This document shows, piece by piece, positions 27,401 to 40,200 of a stretch of DNA of 64,000 nucleotides. The first letter of the stretch is position 1. Each line of letters starts with the position of its first letter. Under the pieces are notes generated by a model that ran no database searches, had not been told where the DNA came from, and saw nothing but the letters and a program-made list of their open reading frames with translations. The stretch is from Phoronis australis. Lineage: Eukaryota > Animalia > Phoronida. Position numbers and translations under genes: made by a program. The stretch covers positions 118,232 through 182,231 of the forward strand of contig NMRA01000618.1 of NCBI GenBank assembly GCA_002633005.1, given 5' to 3'.

Positions 27401-30400
27401 ACTAGAACTTCCACGAGCCAAAATACGGAGGCCGCCATTACGTGATCACGTGAGCACGCACCATTCAGGTACTGAAACCAGTGCAGTTCAGCACCCGATA
27501 ACGTACAGTAGATGTGAAGCATATTTAAAGGCCTAGTATGGTGCCCATTTGTACATCTAAAATACGTTCATTGGTGAAAAACATCACAATACTGTGTCAC
27601 ATCATACCCCAGTCGTTAATTAAGTAGGCCTTCGACAATGCAGTAGCCCCATCACGAACCCCATTCAGCGCCAAAAAACTTAAGATGGCGCTTGCCCTAA
27701 TCGAAGTCTATGACATCATCGTTACAAAGAATTTGTCTTTCACCGTCTCTCCACAGTATTGGAATCAGCGATGACTGGCCGTTTAATTTAGTTCAAAATA
27801 CGTGGAATATCAAGGAAACACATTAACTTTTCATTTCATGTCAGCTAATATTACAATTGATCAAAATCNNNNNNNNNNNNNNNNNNNNNNNNNNNNNNNN
27901 NNNNNNNNNNNNNNNNNNNNNNNNNNNNNNNNNNNNNNNNNNNNNNNNNNNNNNNNNNNNNNNNNNNNNNNNNNNNNNNNNNNNNNNNNNNNNNNNNNNN
28001 NNNNNNNNNNNNNNNNNNNNNNNNNNNNNNNNNNNNNNNNNNNNNNNNNNNNNNNNNNNNNNNNNNNNNNNNNNNNNNNNNNNNNNNNNNNNNNNNNNNN
28101 NNNNNNNNNNNNNNNNNNNNNNNNNNNNNNNNNNNNNNNNNNNNNNNNNNNNNNNNNNNNNNNNNNNNNNNNNNNNNNNNNNNNNNNNNNNNNNNNNNNN
28201 NNNNNNNNNNNNNNNNNNNNNNNNNNNNNNNNNNNNNNNNNNNNNNNNNNNNNNNNNNNNNNNNNNNNNNNNNNNNNNNNNNNNNNNNNNNNNNNNNNNN
28301 NNNNNNNNNNNNNNNNNNNNNNNNNNNNNNNNNNNNNNNNNNNNNNNNNNNNNNNNNNNNNNNNNNNNNNNNNNNNNNNNNNNNNNNNNNNNNNNNNNNN
28401 NNNNNNNNNNNNNNNNNNNNNNNNNNNNNNNNNNNNNNNNNNNNNNNNNNNNNNNNNNNNNNNNNNNNNNNNNNNNNNNNNNNNNNNNNNNNNNNNNNNN
28501 NNNNNNNNNNNNNNNNNNNNNNNNNNNNNNNNNNNNNNNNNNNNNNNNNNNNNNNNNNNNNNNNNNNNNNNNNNNNNNNNNNNNNNNNNNNNNNNNNNNN
28601 NNNNNNNNNNNNNNNNNNNNNNNNNNNNNNNNNNNNNNNNNNNNNNNNNNNNNNNNNNNNNNNNNNNNNNNNNNNNNNNNNNNNNNNNNNNNNNNNNNNN
28701 NNNNNNNNNNNNNNNNNNNNNNNNNNNNNNNNNNNNNNNNNNNNNNNNNNNATGATGAAAGCGTACTTTTAAAACATGGTTCACGCCCAGGAATATTATT
28801 TTCAGACTTCCAACTTACGCAGTTCTTGAGCGCAATTGTGAGGCATGGTATTGCCACTGAAAGTATAAGTAGACACAGCGTCTGGAATTCACAACTTCTG
28901 GATTGTAACAAACTGGGTCAGCATTGTCGCCGTAGGCCTACATTGCCATATGCAAAAGTAGTTCCGGCAGTTTGGGCAACTTATATCCATTTGGGTCGGC
29001 AATGTCGACTCAAATTGTTTACAAATTACATGTTGTGTAAAGTGCACCTGTTTTATCAATTTGTGGCAGCACAAGTGCATCACTTTTCAGTTGCTGCAAA
29101 TCTATTTTATAGTTGTCACTTACATTTATGTCAGCAATATTGAAATTGGAGATAATACAAGGAATGCGGGAGGGTAAGTTATGTCAAAGACTTCATCTGT
29201 TAGCCAAGGTACCCGAGGCTGGGAGTATTGACTTATGGAACAGAAACTGTGAATTCCTATTATCACAAATTTCACGAATGGTATCTCATGATACAGCATT
29301 CCAACCTAACAGACCAATCATTTTAGGAATCGCCATTTTGGTAGGTTACGCTAGTAAGGTCTTCAGCATTTTCGCGAAGCACTCGCGGCATTTCACGTGA
29401 TGTCGCGTGATCTTGCTTTTTAGCGAGACTTTTGTGTCTACGGAACGTATCCCTGGTCCCGGGCTAACTTTGAAGTCGGAAGTCGATTCTAAAGCTGACA
29501 AAAACTGTCAAAGAAACTCAAAAGTTCAAAAAAAACATGAAAAATGAAAACACTATGGCTTGCGGGGTGGGAAATGTTTTTAAGCTCCGACGGCAGTGGT
29601 AAAAGTTTGTTGTATGAGAAGCCTTTATATGTCCATTGCCGATTCTTGCTTCCACCCAAAATAAGTCAATTTTACGTCATTTTAGTTGGAGCGTAGAGCC
29701 GGTGATGAGGAGGTAATAAATCAACAAATCAAGCGAATAGAAATAAGCATGGAACAACCAGCCCATACAAAATTACTGGAAAACAACTTGAAAAAGCTGA
29801 ACGAAAAGGATTCCATAGACTTCACTATCTACAATGTTCAAAGGCGTATAACTGGGAAATTTGGCTCAACTTGGAGGACCGTTCAGCACGTGCGGTACTT
29901 TGCTACGTACATAAAAGGTGAACATTTGTTTTTAACGCGATGAAAAGATAGGAAAATACTTCTATCCAATGAACCTTGAAAACATCTCCAGGAGTTGGGC
30001 CTGGGGTGAATGACGCGTTGTGCTGTACGTCTGCTACATACATATTTGACATGATCAGTAAAAATCAATCACGTTGCTTTAAATTGCCTTTTTTCAGATC
30101 CTGGTTTAATTTTTGGATTGGCAGTACCATACCAGGACGAACAATTTCATCACGTGTTGCATACCGAGCGCCCCCTACAGGAAGTCAGATTATGTACCCA
30201 GGGGAACGATCGCGTTGAAGGCGGTAACAAATAGAACCTTTATCACGACTTATTTGCAGTGTTCTATGCACTTCTTGTCTACAGTAATGTTTCGTACACT
30301 GTTTCTTGCAAAGTCGATCAATATTATTTGTGTTCGTCATGTGTTTCGAAAAAGCTCCATCAATAGCTGACTGCTTTCAGATATTAAAAAACCAAGCTTC

Positions 30401-33400
30401 TAAAAAGCCACAGTTATTCACAGACACTTGGGTTTATCGCAAATGACGTCACTCAATACTATATATAAGAAAACCTAAAGGTTGGACACTTAAACTTTGC
30501 CAAGCCGAGGCTCCCAACTTCAACCGTCCAAAATCCGAATAAAATCTGCATGCACCTCCCTCAGTCTGATGTTGCATAAAACTTCGAAGCCTTATCTTTC
30601 CTAGATCCCATTAACTGTCTTCGTGAGTGGTGAATTGGCGATGAAATTTCCAAAGCAATCTCAAAACTCTGAATCCAAGGACCTGAAATAGTAAACATGG
30701 CGGATTTAAGTTGTGCTTCAACTTGCACGCTTGTCGTAGGTGAAACTTCGAGTTTGAGCAAGCAACCAATATTTCAAATTCAATAATTCTAATCCAAAAC
30801 TCAACTAATTGAGAATGTTAAAGTTAGTATTTTAATGATTATTTGTAACTTTATTCCACTGACTGCTCATTTTAGCCCTTAACTTAGAATATTATTATAT
30901 AAACTGGCGTATCTTGTTTCTCATCTTGACATCACGCACTTTTTTGATTGAAGCACAACAAACACTCGGCCAGAAAACGCAGTCCATGCAAGTATTACAA
31001 TGGGCGTGGCCGACGAGTTAACTCATGGTTTTGGCCAAAAGTAAAACCTTCATAAGAAATCACAGTACATAAAAAACTTCGCATATCAATACAGTATCAG
31101 GATAATATATATTTGACACAAATATGTGAGTAACTACATTTATTTGGCAATAAAGTGCTCTCTGCTTCTCATGATCAAGTAGTCGAGGGATTGACGGCGA
31201 AAGCCGCGCGAAATTAGACTTTCGGATTTAGCTCGCGAGCGTCCTTCAAAAACCCGGATGTGCGAAGACCGTCTGCCATGACATCACGGAATCAGGTCCT
31301 TGAATTTGTGATTTTGGCATTCTTTTGGTATTTTTGTCGCCAAATCACCACTCGACGGCAATTTGAAGAGATCGAGTGAAAGAAAGTATTCTAAGAGTTG
31401 TCCGATGCTAGTTTCGTGGAGTTCCATGCACATTTGAGTAGAAAATTCTGAGCAAACAGATTTCGAGTGTCCAACCTTTATGTTTTCTTATATATATATA
31501 TATATATATTATTGAGTGACGTCAGTAGCGATAAACCCAAGCGCCTGTGCAGTTATTAAGATAAAACATTACAATTATTCAATTTGTCCGACACATTCTC
31601 ATGTCGTGCATCCAAGTAAAAAGCGGGCACTACTTTTATGAAACATTCTTGTGTTTTTAGGTGAGAGTTCCTGTGTTTTAGTCTCTACTTCAGCGTTTTG
31701 TGGCAAACACGACCAGCCAGTAACGCCTCAGGAGCTGCGCCGTTATTTGAACCAAAGTACGTGCCTATTTATGTAAAAACAAGGTACAGCCTCAAGAAAG
31801 AGCTGATCAGGTTACATGTAGTTATTTGAGGCTGCCTTAGGGAAAATCAAATGTGTCAGAATTCTGACACATTTTTACAGCAATCTCAACAATATCATGA
31901 GTAACAAGAGTTATCAACTTTGAAATTTTCTGCAGTATTATATAAAAATGAAAGCTAACAGTAGAATACATCAATTTAGGTATAAATTTTTGAAAACATG
32001 ATGTACTTTGATTCGAAAACAGATTAACTCCAAAATGAATGATATTATTAATATGAGAACAGATTAAAAATAATCTTTGTTTAAAACATTAATAAAAATG
32101 CCTTCTGATTGATGAATGGCTTCAACAACGCCTGCGAAAATAATTAAAATCTGGCTTTGTTTTAATGACGTCAAGGCACCGGTCAATCATTGCGCAGAAG
32201 GTATTTACCCTAACCAAGCCTCAAATTGCTAAACCAATCAGTGACATCTTGAGGCTTTGGGACGAGGCTGGAGCAGGGTATAGTTTCGTAGACGCAGAAA
32301 GTAGTTCGATCACGTGCTTAGCATACATGGCGATATCTCGCAAAATCATGGCCACGTATTCCCATGAGACAAAATAATGAAAGTGGTATCTTTTGATACT
32401 TCAATCCATTATGGATAGCATCCCCCAGACCTGCGTTTTGTGAGTAGTGTAAACAGAACTACTACAAAAAACATTCGCGCACTCATTGGGCGGGGGGGCT
32501 CGGCGCGAAGTGGGCAAAAAGGTCCGCCTCGGAGAACCAAAAAGTCCGAGTAAACGAGACATAAGTCCACTAAAAAGGCGTGCTAGCCCCCTTTTTAGTC
32601 CTCTCGCTTTTTGTTAGCAAAAGGTCCACACCGCCAGAAATTCGAGCCCCCCATATTAAAGGGTGTGTGCGCGCATGGAAAAAATCGACCTCTTTAAATG
32701 TTGAGGAAACACAGAACCCTTCGCAACACTAGAACTTCCACGAGCCAAAATACGGAGGCCGCCATTACGTGATCACGTGAGCACGCACCATTCAGGCACT
32801 GAAACCAGTGCAGTTCAGCACCCGATAACGTACAGTAGATGTGAAGCATATTTAAAGGCCTAGTATGGTGCCCAAATGACTATTTTTACATCTAAAATAC
32901 GTTCATTGGTGAAAAACATCAAAATACTGTGTCACATCATACCCCAGTCGTTAATTAAGTAGGCCTTCGACAATGCAGTAGCCCCATCACGAACCCCATT
33001 TAGCGCCAAAAAAATTTAGAAGGCGCTTACCCTAATCGAAGTCTATGACATCATCGTTGCAACGAATTTGGCTTTCACCGTCTCTCCACAGTATTGGAAT
33101 CAGCGATGACTGGCCGTTTATTTTAGTTCAAAATACGTGGAATATCAAGGAAACACATTAACTTTTCATTTCATGTCAGCTAATATTACAATTGATCAAA
33201 ATCATTACCTTAAGAATTTTTTATTCAATTATTTAGCACACATTCTAATACGGGCCCATATGGGAATCCCCGGGAGTGTGACTGGAGCCGCCGAAACAAA
33301 ACGCTTCGTCTGAATTGTTATAAGCAATTTTACAATGTTTATTATAAAGTGTAATTTGCTTGATACAAAAATTTTGATGTTAGGAACTTTGCATTCATGT

Positions 33401-36400
33401 CTTTTTGAAGCCGAATGTGTGAAAGCTGCGCAATTCCAATACGGGCGGCTGTCGAGTGTCTGTCTTGTATTGGTATAAGGGACAAAAGGCCGTTTAATTT
33501 GGTGCAAAATACTTGGAAACTTTACAACACATGTCAGCTTGATCTTTTCGTACAAAGCAATTATATACAAATTCATTAAAAATTTTATATTAGAAACTCA
33601 TGTTTCAAAATAAGTCGCCTTGAAATGCCGCAACCCGTAATCGGCGCCATTTTGACTAGGTCAAACTCAAACAATTGAAAATTTAATAGCAATACGACAT
33701 TGTGAGTGCCTGTAATAAATCAAAACTAGGAAATAAAGTCTGGATTGCCTGAAAACATACCCAATTATAAGAATTTATAATCAATTGAACGTTTTAAATT
33801 CAGTCTCAGAATTCCGTTAGGCCTAGGGGATCGCCGGACCCAAATCACACAGAATATTCTGGATTTGGGCCGGAACAGTAACACAAAACGTCGAAGTGCA
33901 CACTGCGGATATTTTTGTAGCCAGCCATCTAGCTTTTTCAAGACTATCGCCAAAATACAGCAAGATAACACTGTGAATTGAGCTCTGTTAAACCTCGAAA
34001 TTTCATACAGGCCGGGTATGAGTTGGGTTAGTCACCTCGTCGTGAAACTTATATCGCAGAGCCAACGACCGACGGCCGGGGCGCATGCAAAATCTGGGAC
34101 ACTCATCTTACTCGTTACCAGTCGTTTAAGTGAAGAACAATCTAATAAACGTCATTTTCTAGCATTACTCTCAGCCTTTTGAGTTTTGTAACGAAGAAAG
34201 TCTGCCGTCGTTTTGAAAACAGTACGCTCGTGACACGCGCACGCGCCGCACTAAAATTTTGCGACTTCTTTTTGGACATGATGACAGCTTCGCAGCAGTA
34301 AAGTTGGTTCTAAATTCGGTTTACTGGTCTTAAAAACTCTTATAAGTTGAAACAAAATGAAACCAGTTCAGACAATTTGTTGTGACAGTACGCAACCTCG
34401 TGACAGCAAGGTCACAGTTGATAGAAGAATAAATCGGGGAAAAGAAACTGTTCACGTCAGGTGACGTATTTGTCAAAAGCCGACTAACAAGAGCGCTCTT
34501 CAATGTTAGCCGAGTAGACGAGCGGTAGAACGATAATTCTTCCAACACCGGTAAATAATTTGGTTTACTCATAGAGCGGTGCTGCTTTTAATGGCACTAC
34601 TTTTGAGTCCGATTTTATTTAGTAATTTTTACCCACATCGGCGCGAAGCTGTAGATTTTGGTATACAGCTTTGCACCTAGCCTAAAACAGATCTTGCCGA
34701 TCGGGAATCTTTGTCGACAGTCCTTGTCGTGGATACGCATCTATTCCACTAACGGCACACGACAGGATCGGTTTGGAAATTGTGCAAATGTATACCATTG
34801 CCGCCGACATTGCAACACCCTCATACCACACGAAGTGGCAGTTTATCCCAGAGATCGAAAACTACAGAACGTCCAAGAAATGGCACTCAGCTATTACGGA
34901 GTACGGCTTCCGAGTAATTTCGTGGCCACGATGATGTCACATGAACCACTATACGCTGATTGGTTGAGATTTTTTTTTCTGGGGCGCTCGAAGGGGCTAC
35001 GAATTATGAGCGGTGTAATTTGCGTTGCAATTAGTTACTTTCCGTGGTATGAAAGAAACAAAAACAATATTATTGTGAACAGTACTTGCATTTCTGATGT
35101 CAAAAAGTGTTTTAGCCGCTGGAGGCTGTCTTTAAACCATTTAAATCGTGGCAGAGTCGCAGTCTACTTCATTGCCAACGTCACTGGCTAAAAGTTACAC
35201 TGTTGTATTTTATAATATCGCAGTGCTATGTTTACAAAACTATAGATTTCGTCAGCTTCAGGCTTGTGATTTGTAGACCAGAGTCGCCGTCAGCAGACAA
35301 TGTAATGCAACGAACTTAACTGCATGTTTGATTTTTCAACAGTACCCTTAAATATGAGTATCGTTACTAGGTATTTCGATACCTGTCATACCCCCGACTC
35401 GCAAAGCATTCACAAATTTGACAGTAGTTATATTACAAACTGCTCATGACTCTTCTGCTAATGTTGAATAACCGTAAAAGATGGCAATATCGTTTACTGT
35501 GTAATTATCGTTTTCTTGTGCGATGTCTAAATATTCGAACAACACTAATAACTGATCTCATGATGATGATTCTTTTTAAATTTCATCTACACACAGATTT
35601 CATGAAGCGGTCTCCAAACCGATAATTTTTTTCTTTAAATAATACATAGATGTGGGAAGTAACGAACCTGGTCGCCACTCCTGCATGTGAATTCGCTGAC
35701 TTAAAAAGACACTTCCATACAAAAAGAATTCATGTAAATCATTATTAAAAAGTGGTTTGAGCCACTTGGCATTCTTATAAGTGCAGGAATTATTCAAATA
35801 TGATTTAGTTTGTGGTTTTGCTCCACTGTTTGTGCCTCACTCAGTTTCATCAATATTTGAGAAATGTCAACACAGTATTTGAGAAATGTCAACACAGTAT
35901 TTGAGAAATGTCAACACAGTATTTGAGAAATGTCAACACAGTATTTGAGAAATGTCAACACAGCATTTTAAACTACACATGACCCACATTTCTCCAATTA
36001 CAAAATATTATGTTTTGTATTATTTTCTGCTTATTACACGTGACCATGCTCTACAGCTTAGAGAATTACAGGAAACATGCTGAACGACGGCAAACACGGG
36101 CAATCTTGATGATTTTCTCCATATTCACTACAAATTGATTGCTTCCACGCTTGGAACTCTAATTTGTTGTGACAGCCCACTACGACATACTGTCGTCCAC
36201 CATTTTTTGCACGGCATAATTTTTCAGTTTTTTTTCACACTTTCATCACTCACCGTACACATCCGTTTTCAGCACCTCAATGCCGAACGATATGGCCACT
36301 CTGTCGGTATCGCTTGCGGAGAAGGGTCCATACAAGAACATTGCAATCTGTGGGTGGACTTTTTTCGTTTACAGTCTACCGACTTGTTATGCTAGTACCT

Positions 36401-37149
36401 TCCAACACTATTGAGGTTTTTGTGTTGTATCTTCTACGGTTATCAGATGGGCTAGATCTAATAGTAGTTGTGGTTTGCAAGTCCATCGTTTACATTCACC
36501 CCCATTGACATACATGTATGTGGGTTGACACAGGTCAAATCAGCTCTATCTCAGTACTGGAAGGGATTTTGATGGCAACGTTGTACAAGTTCTTGCTTTT
36601 CTCGCAACAAGTAGGTCTATGGAACACACACCTGCTATCTGCATTCACTTGTTGAATACGAGCACTCTTAAGCTGGTCTACTGGTTTCAGTGTCTGGAAA
36701 TTTCTATATCGAAATCATATTCTGCCAAGAAAATGCCGTCCTCGCATTACTGGAACTTGACACACTTGCTCACAAACAAAACGATTTGTACCAGTTAAAA
36801 CTTGTAAAAGATTTCGAGCTACATGTGTGTTCAAAGCTTGAAATTCAATTCAATGATATTAAAGCATTGTATCGGACTTTCTACAGACCGATTAACATAT
36901 TACTTGACCATGATTCTAATGTGCGCAGAATACAATAGCGTCGAGTGTCGACATATTTGACGGCAGGCAGCTGCGTAACACAATGTGTTTAGGAAGCATT
37001 TGAACAACAACAATAAAACACCAACAGAAACAATAGCAATAAAGAGAATAATAACAACAATGATAGTAATAAGGCATATTGGTTATGATACTGATTATCT
37101 TCACGATACTATAATGATTATGGTAATGACAAGGAGGCTAGTGAGGATA

Positions 37150-37203
<54 letters not shown>

Positions 37204-40200
37204 GTGATGTTGATGATGAAGTTAGTGATGGAGATGATAGGAATAACACGTAAAATTTGATCCATACTTTCAAATCTGACGAAATTTTTTATAATTTGCT
37301 GCCGACTTTCCAGAACTACCAGACTCAATCTCTTCAGGACTGATAACCGATTCCCGTGGAAATTGCGTTGTCCTCTACCGGTGTTCCCGGACAATAACTC
37401 CAGGGGCCTCAACCATGCATTAGTCAAACAATTTAAATCTGACAGAATCGTGTCTGATAAGGGAATCCTCGTATTTCATCCACGAGGCATCACTGAAGCT
37501 TCGCTCAAACCACTAAGCATGTTTCGCATATCTTCTTACCCCGTCTTAAACCAAAGCAACTAACGTTTCAGTTAATTTTCAATGTCTTCCTGAACAAACA
37601 CATGTGTTCGTATCGCTGAAAGAGTGTTGCCAATGGTTTCAAGAACGCTGCTGTATTTGCACCTTACAGACACAAAACGAGATTTCTAGACATACTGAAT
37701 TCATGGTTCCAGCAGGAGACAAAAGAGGGTTTGCCTGTGAACGCCAAAATTGATCCTTCAATTTACATGTATACCGCGGCGGTGTCCGATTGTCACTTGT
37801 TTAACCATAGACTATATAGTACATTTGTTGTCTATAATCTATGGTTTAACTCATTTTTAATTGCTCAGGAATCCCTCGGAGGGGCCTACTCCACAATCAG
37901 TGTCGATAGTTAGGTGGTTACGGTACACTGTATATACCGGAACATTGGTGAGTAACTTTCGTGAATAGATCGGCCAAATCCGCCACTAACCGTAACATTA
38001 AAGTGTACGCAACATGACTCTAGTACCTCAAAATAAATGTTATTATGATATCTTATTTGATTTCAGTGCATTTAGTGCACAGCTCATAAAGAAACACGTA
38101 AAAATTGAAAAAAAAAATAATTATGTACAACGTCATGGGTTGAACCCAAGTCATTCGGCACACTGTTCGGATCAGCAACTAAGTGTATAGAGTGAAGAGA
38201 AAGTAAAGTACATTTAGCGTCGAGAAGGTTCGTAGAGGGATGAAAAGATGTGTTTGCGGAGGCTGCAGCAACAGCAGTCAGACGGAGAACGTCTCGGTGT
38301 TCCGAAGGACGCCAAAGTTGCGCAGTAGTGGCATCGCTTCGTGCGCCGAATGAGAATGTGGGACCTCAGCGTGGACCAAGCGATTCTGTCGGGGGCCACT
38401 CTGTGTTCTGCCCACTTTGAGGAGTCGTGTTTCGACTCCAATCAGAGGAGATGTTACTATGAAGTCCTGGTTCAATAAAGGACAATATTTACTATTCAGA
38501 AACATCGGCTCTTTATTCAGGATCGTCTGTTGGATGACTGAGTTGACTGGCCGAGCCCGAGGCCGCTTCTCTCGCGGGAGGATCCAGTTCGTAAGGCCTC
38601 AAAGTAGAAAACTACGCAGCTGAAAACATATCAAACTCGTTCTCGCTTTCATGCAACCCCATTTCGTCATCCTGACCACCATTCTCGTACGTTTCTTCAT
38701 AGTATTTGTGCGCTGATCTCCTGTGTTCAACCCATGATGTCACATGGCGGGAAATGTGAAAATTGGCAAAATTGAAAGAGAAATCAAAATTTCGAGCTAA
38801 TGACACAAAATAATCATGGATTTGGCTAAATTTTACGTCATACATTTTGGTCTGTGGCCACCGGTAATTCGAAATCCATGGTGTGTACTGTTTAAAGTCA
38901 CGCCCCGTGGAAAGCGTAACAAATGGCCAGTTGCCGACTTGTGTAACTGCATGGAGGACTGTTGGAAAGCAGTTTAATTGCAGGAGTATTTGTACGATCT
39001 GGGAAGAGTTAAATACGTCAACGGCCTTCTAAGGTGTCCCTCTATGCATAAAAGGTACTTATAGCAACATGATTTGGATGATTTATTCAGTGTGGGGCAT
39101 AATTTGCCGAAACGTCCCTATGTGATTGCGACCCTCTCTACTTGATTAAGAGGACGGTACAGCTTACTACTGCTACTATTTCTACATCTATTGCTGCTAT
39201 TAGCGCTACAATTACTAAATAACTATTAGTAACGTCGTACCGACTAACTAGTACTTCTACCTTAGCCTATACTACATACTACTACCCTCTACTATCACTG
39301 AGTACGACCACTATCACTTCTACCATTACCACCACTACCATTGCTACTGTCACTGTTGCTACTACTACGGCTAATACTACTGCTAGTACGACTAATATTG
39401 ATAACATAGTATTGCACTGCACCGTGCTGAAGCAATTGCGAACTGCGTGTTTTGAGCATCGTGGTTCGTGAAAAGCTATTTTCTCAATAGCACGCATGTA
39501 TTTCTTTCGCGTGTTTTCATTCTTGCAGGCGAAAATGGAGCTGCACAGTGTCCTAACTCCACTCTAAACGCATTTGCATGGAACCACATTCATTTGACCA
39601 ACTCCTTTGACGATTTATGGCGGAACGCCACCGGATACAACGCAAGTGATATCGTGCGCATAATCTATACTACCGATCAGGGATTTCAGCGAATCTTTCC
39701 GGGCACCAAGGTTCCTGACTACTTGCAAGAGACATTCCACAGAGCCGAGTATAAACAAAAGAGGTATTTAATTGTTTGGGTACATATATATAATCTGGTG
39801 ATAAATGACGTATGGATCCACGCTGATCAACATAAAGAAACGGGCACTTAGCATTTAGATGACTGAGTCACCTACATCTGACCAAAGGCGCACGTAGAGT
39901 ACATGTAAACCCCCGTATGTAAGAAAGGGATGTCTGTCTATGTCTGTACTCTGCAGCCTCCAAGAACTTCATAAGAGGGCCAAAATAGAACTGGATCAGC
40001 AATTAAAGTTGCCGGTCAAAACAAATTCTAAACGAAGAATCGTGTCACACAGAGTAACGAATGATCCATTACAGACAAATTTCAACGTGGGAAGGTCTCC
40101 GTGGAAACCCACGAGGAATCTCAGAATCAACCTACTCACATATTCGAGCTACGGTAAAAACAATTACATAGGATGCAGCACTGCCAACCCCTGGCCTCAG

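Larger units (their letters stand above)
24570..27868 (+). repeat. Copy 1 of a ~3.3-kb duplicated block (ends at gap)
   Basis: Collinear and highly similar to 28752-33203. Confidence 0.95.

Noticed and set aside
27802-29143. Long ORFs of 307-428 aa
   Set aside because: Artefacts of translating through the N gap.
34658-35191. 177-aa ORF as a gene
   Set aside because: TTG start, no recognisable motif, and it lies within probable repeat-derived intron sequence.
35854-35963. CRISPR-like array
   Set aside because: Head-to-tail 22-bp units with no spacers, no cas genes, eukaryotic intron context.
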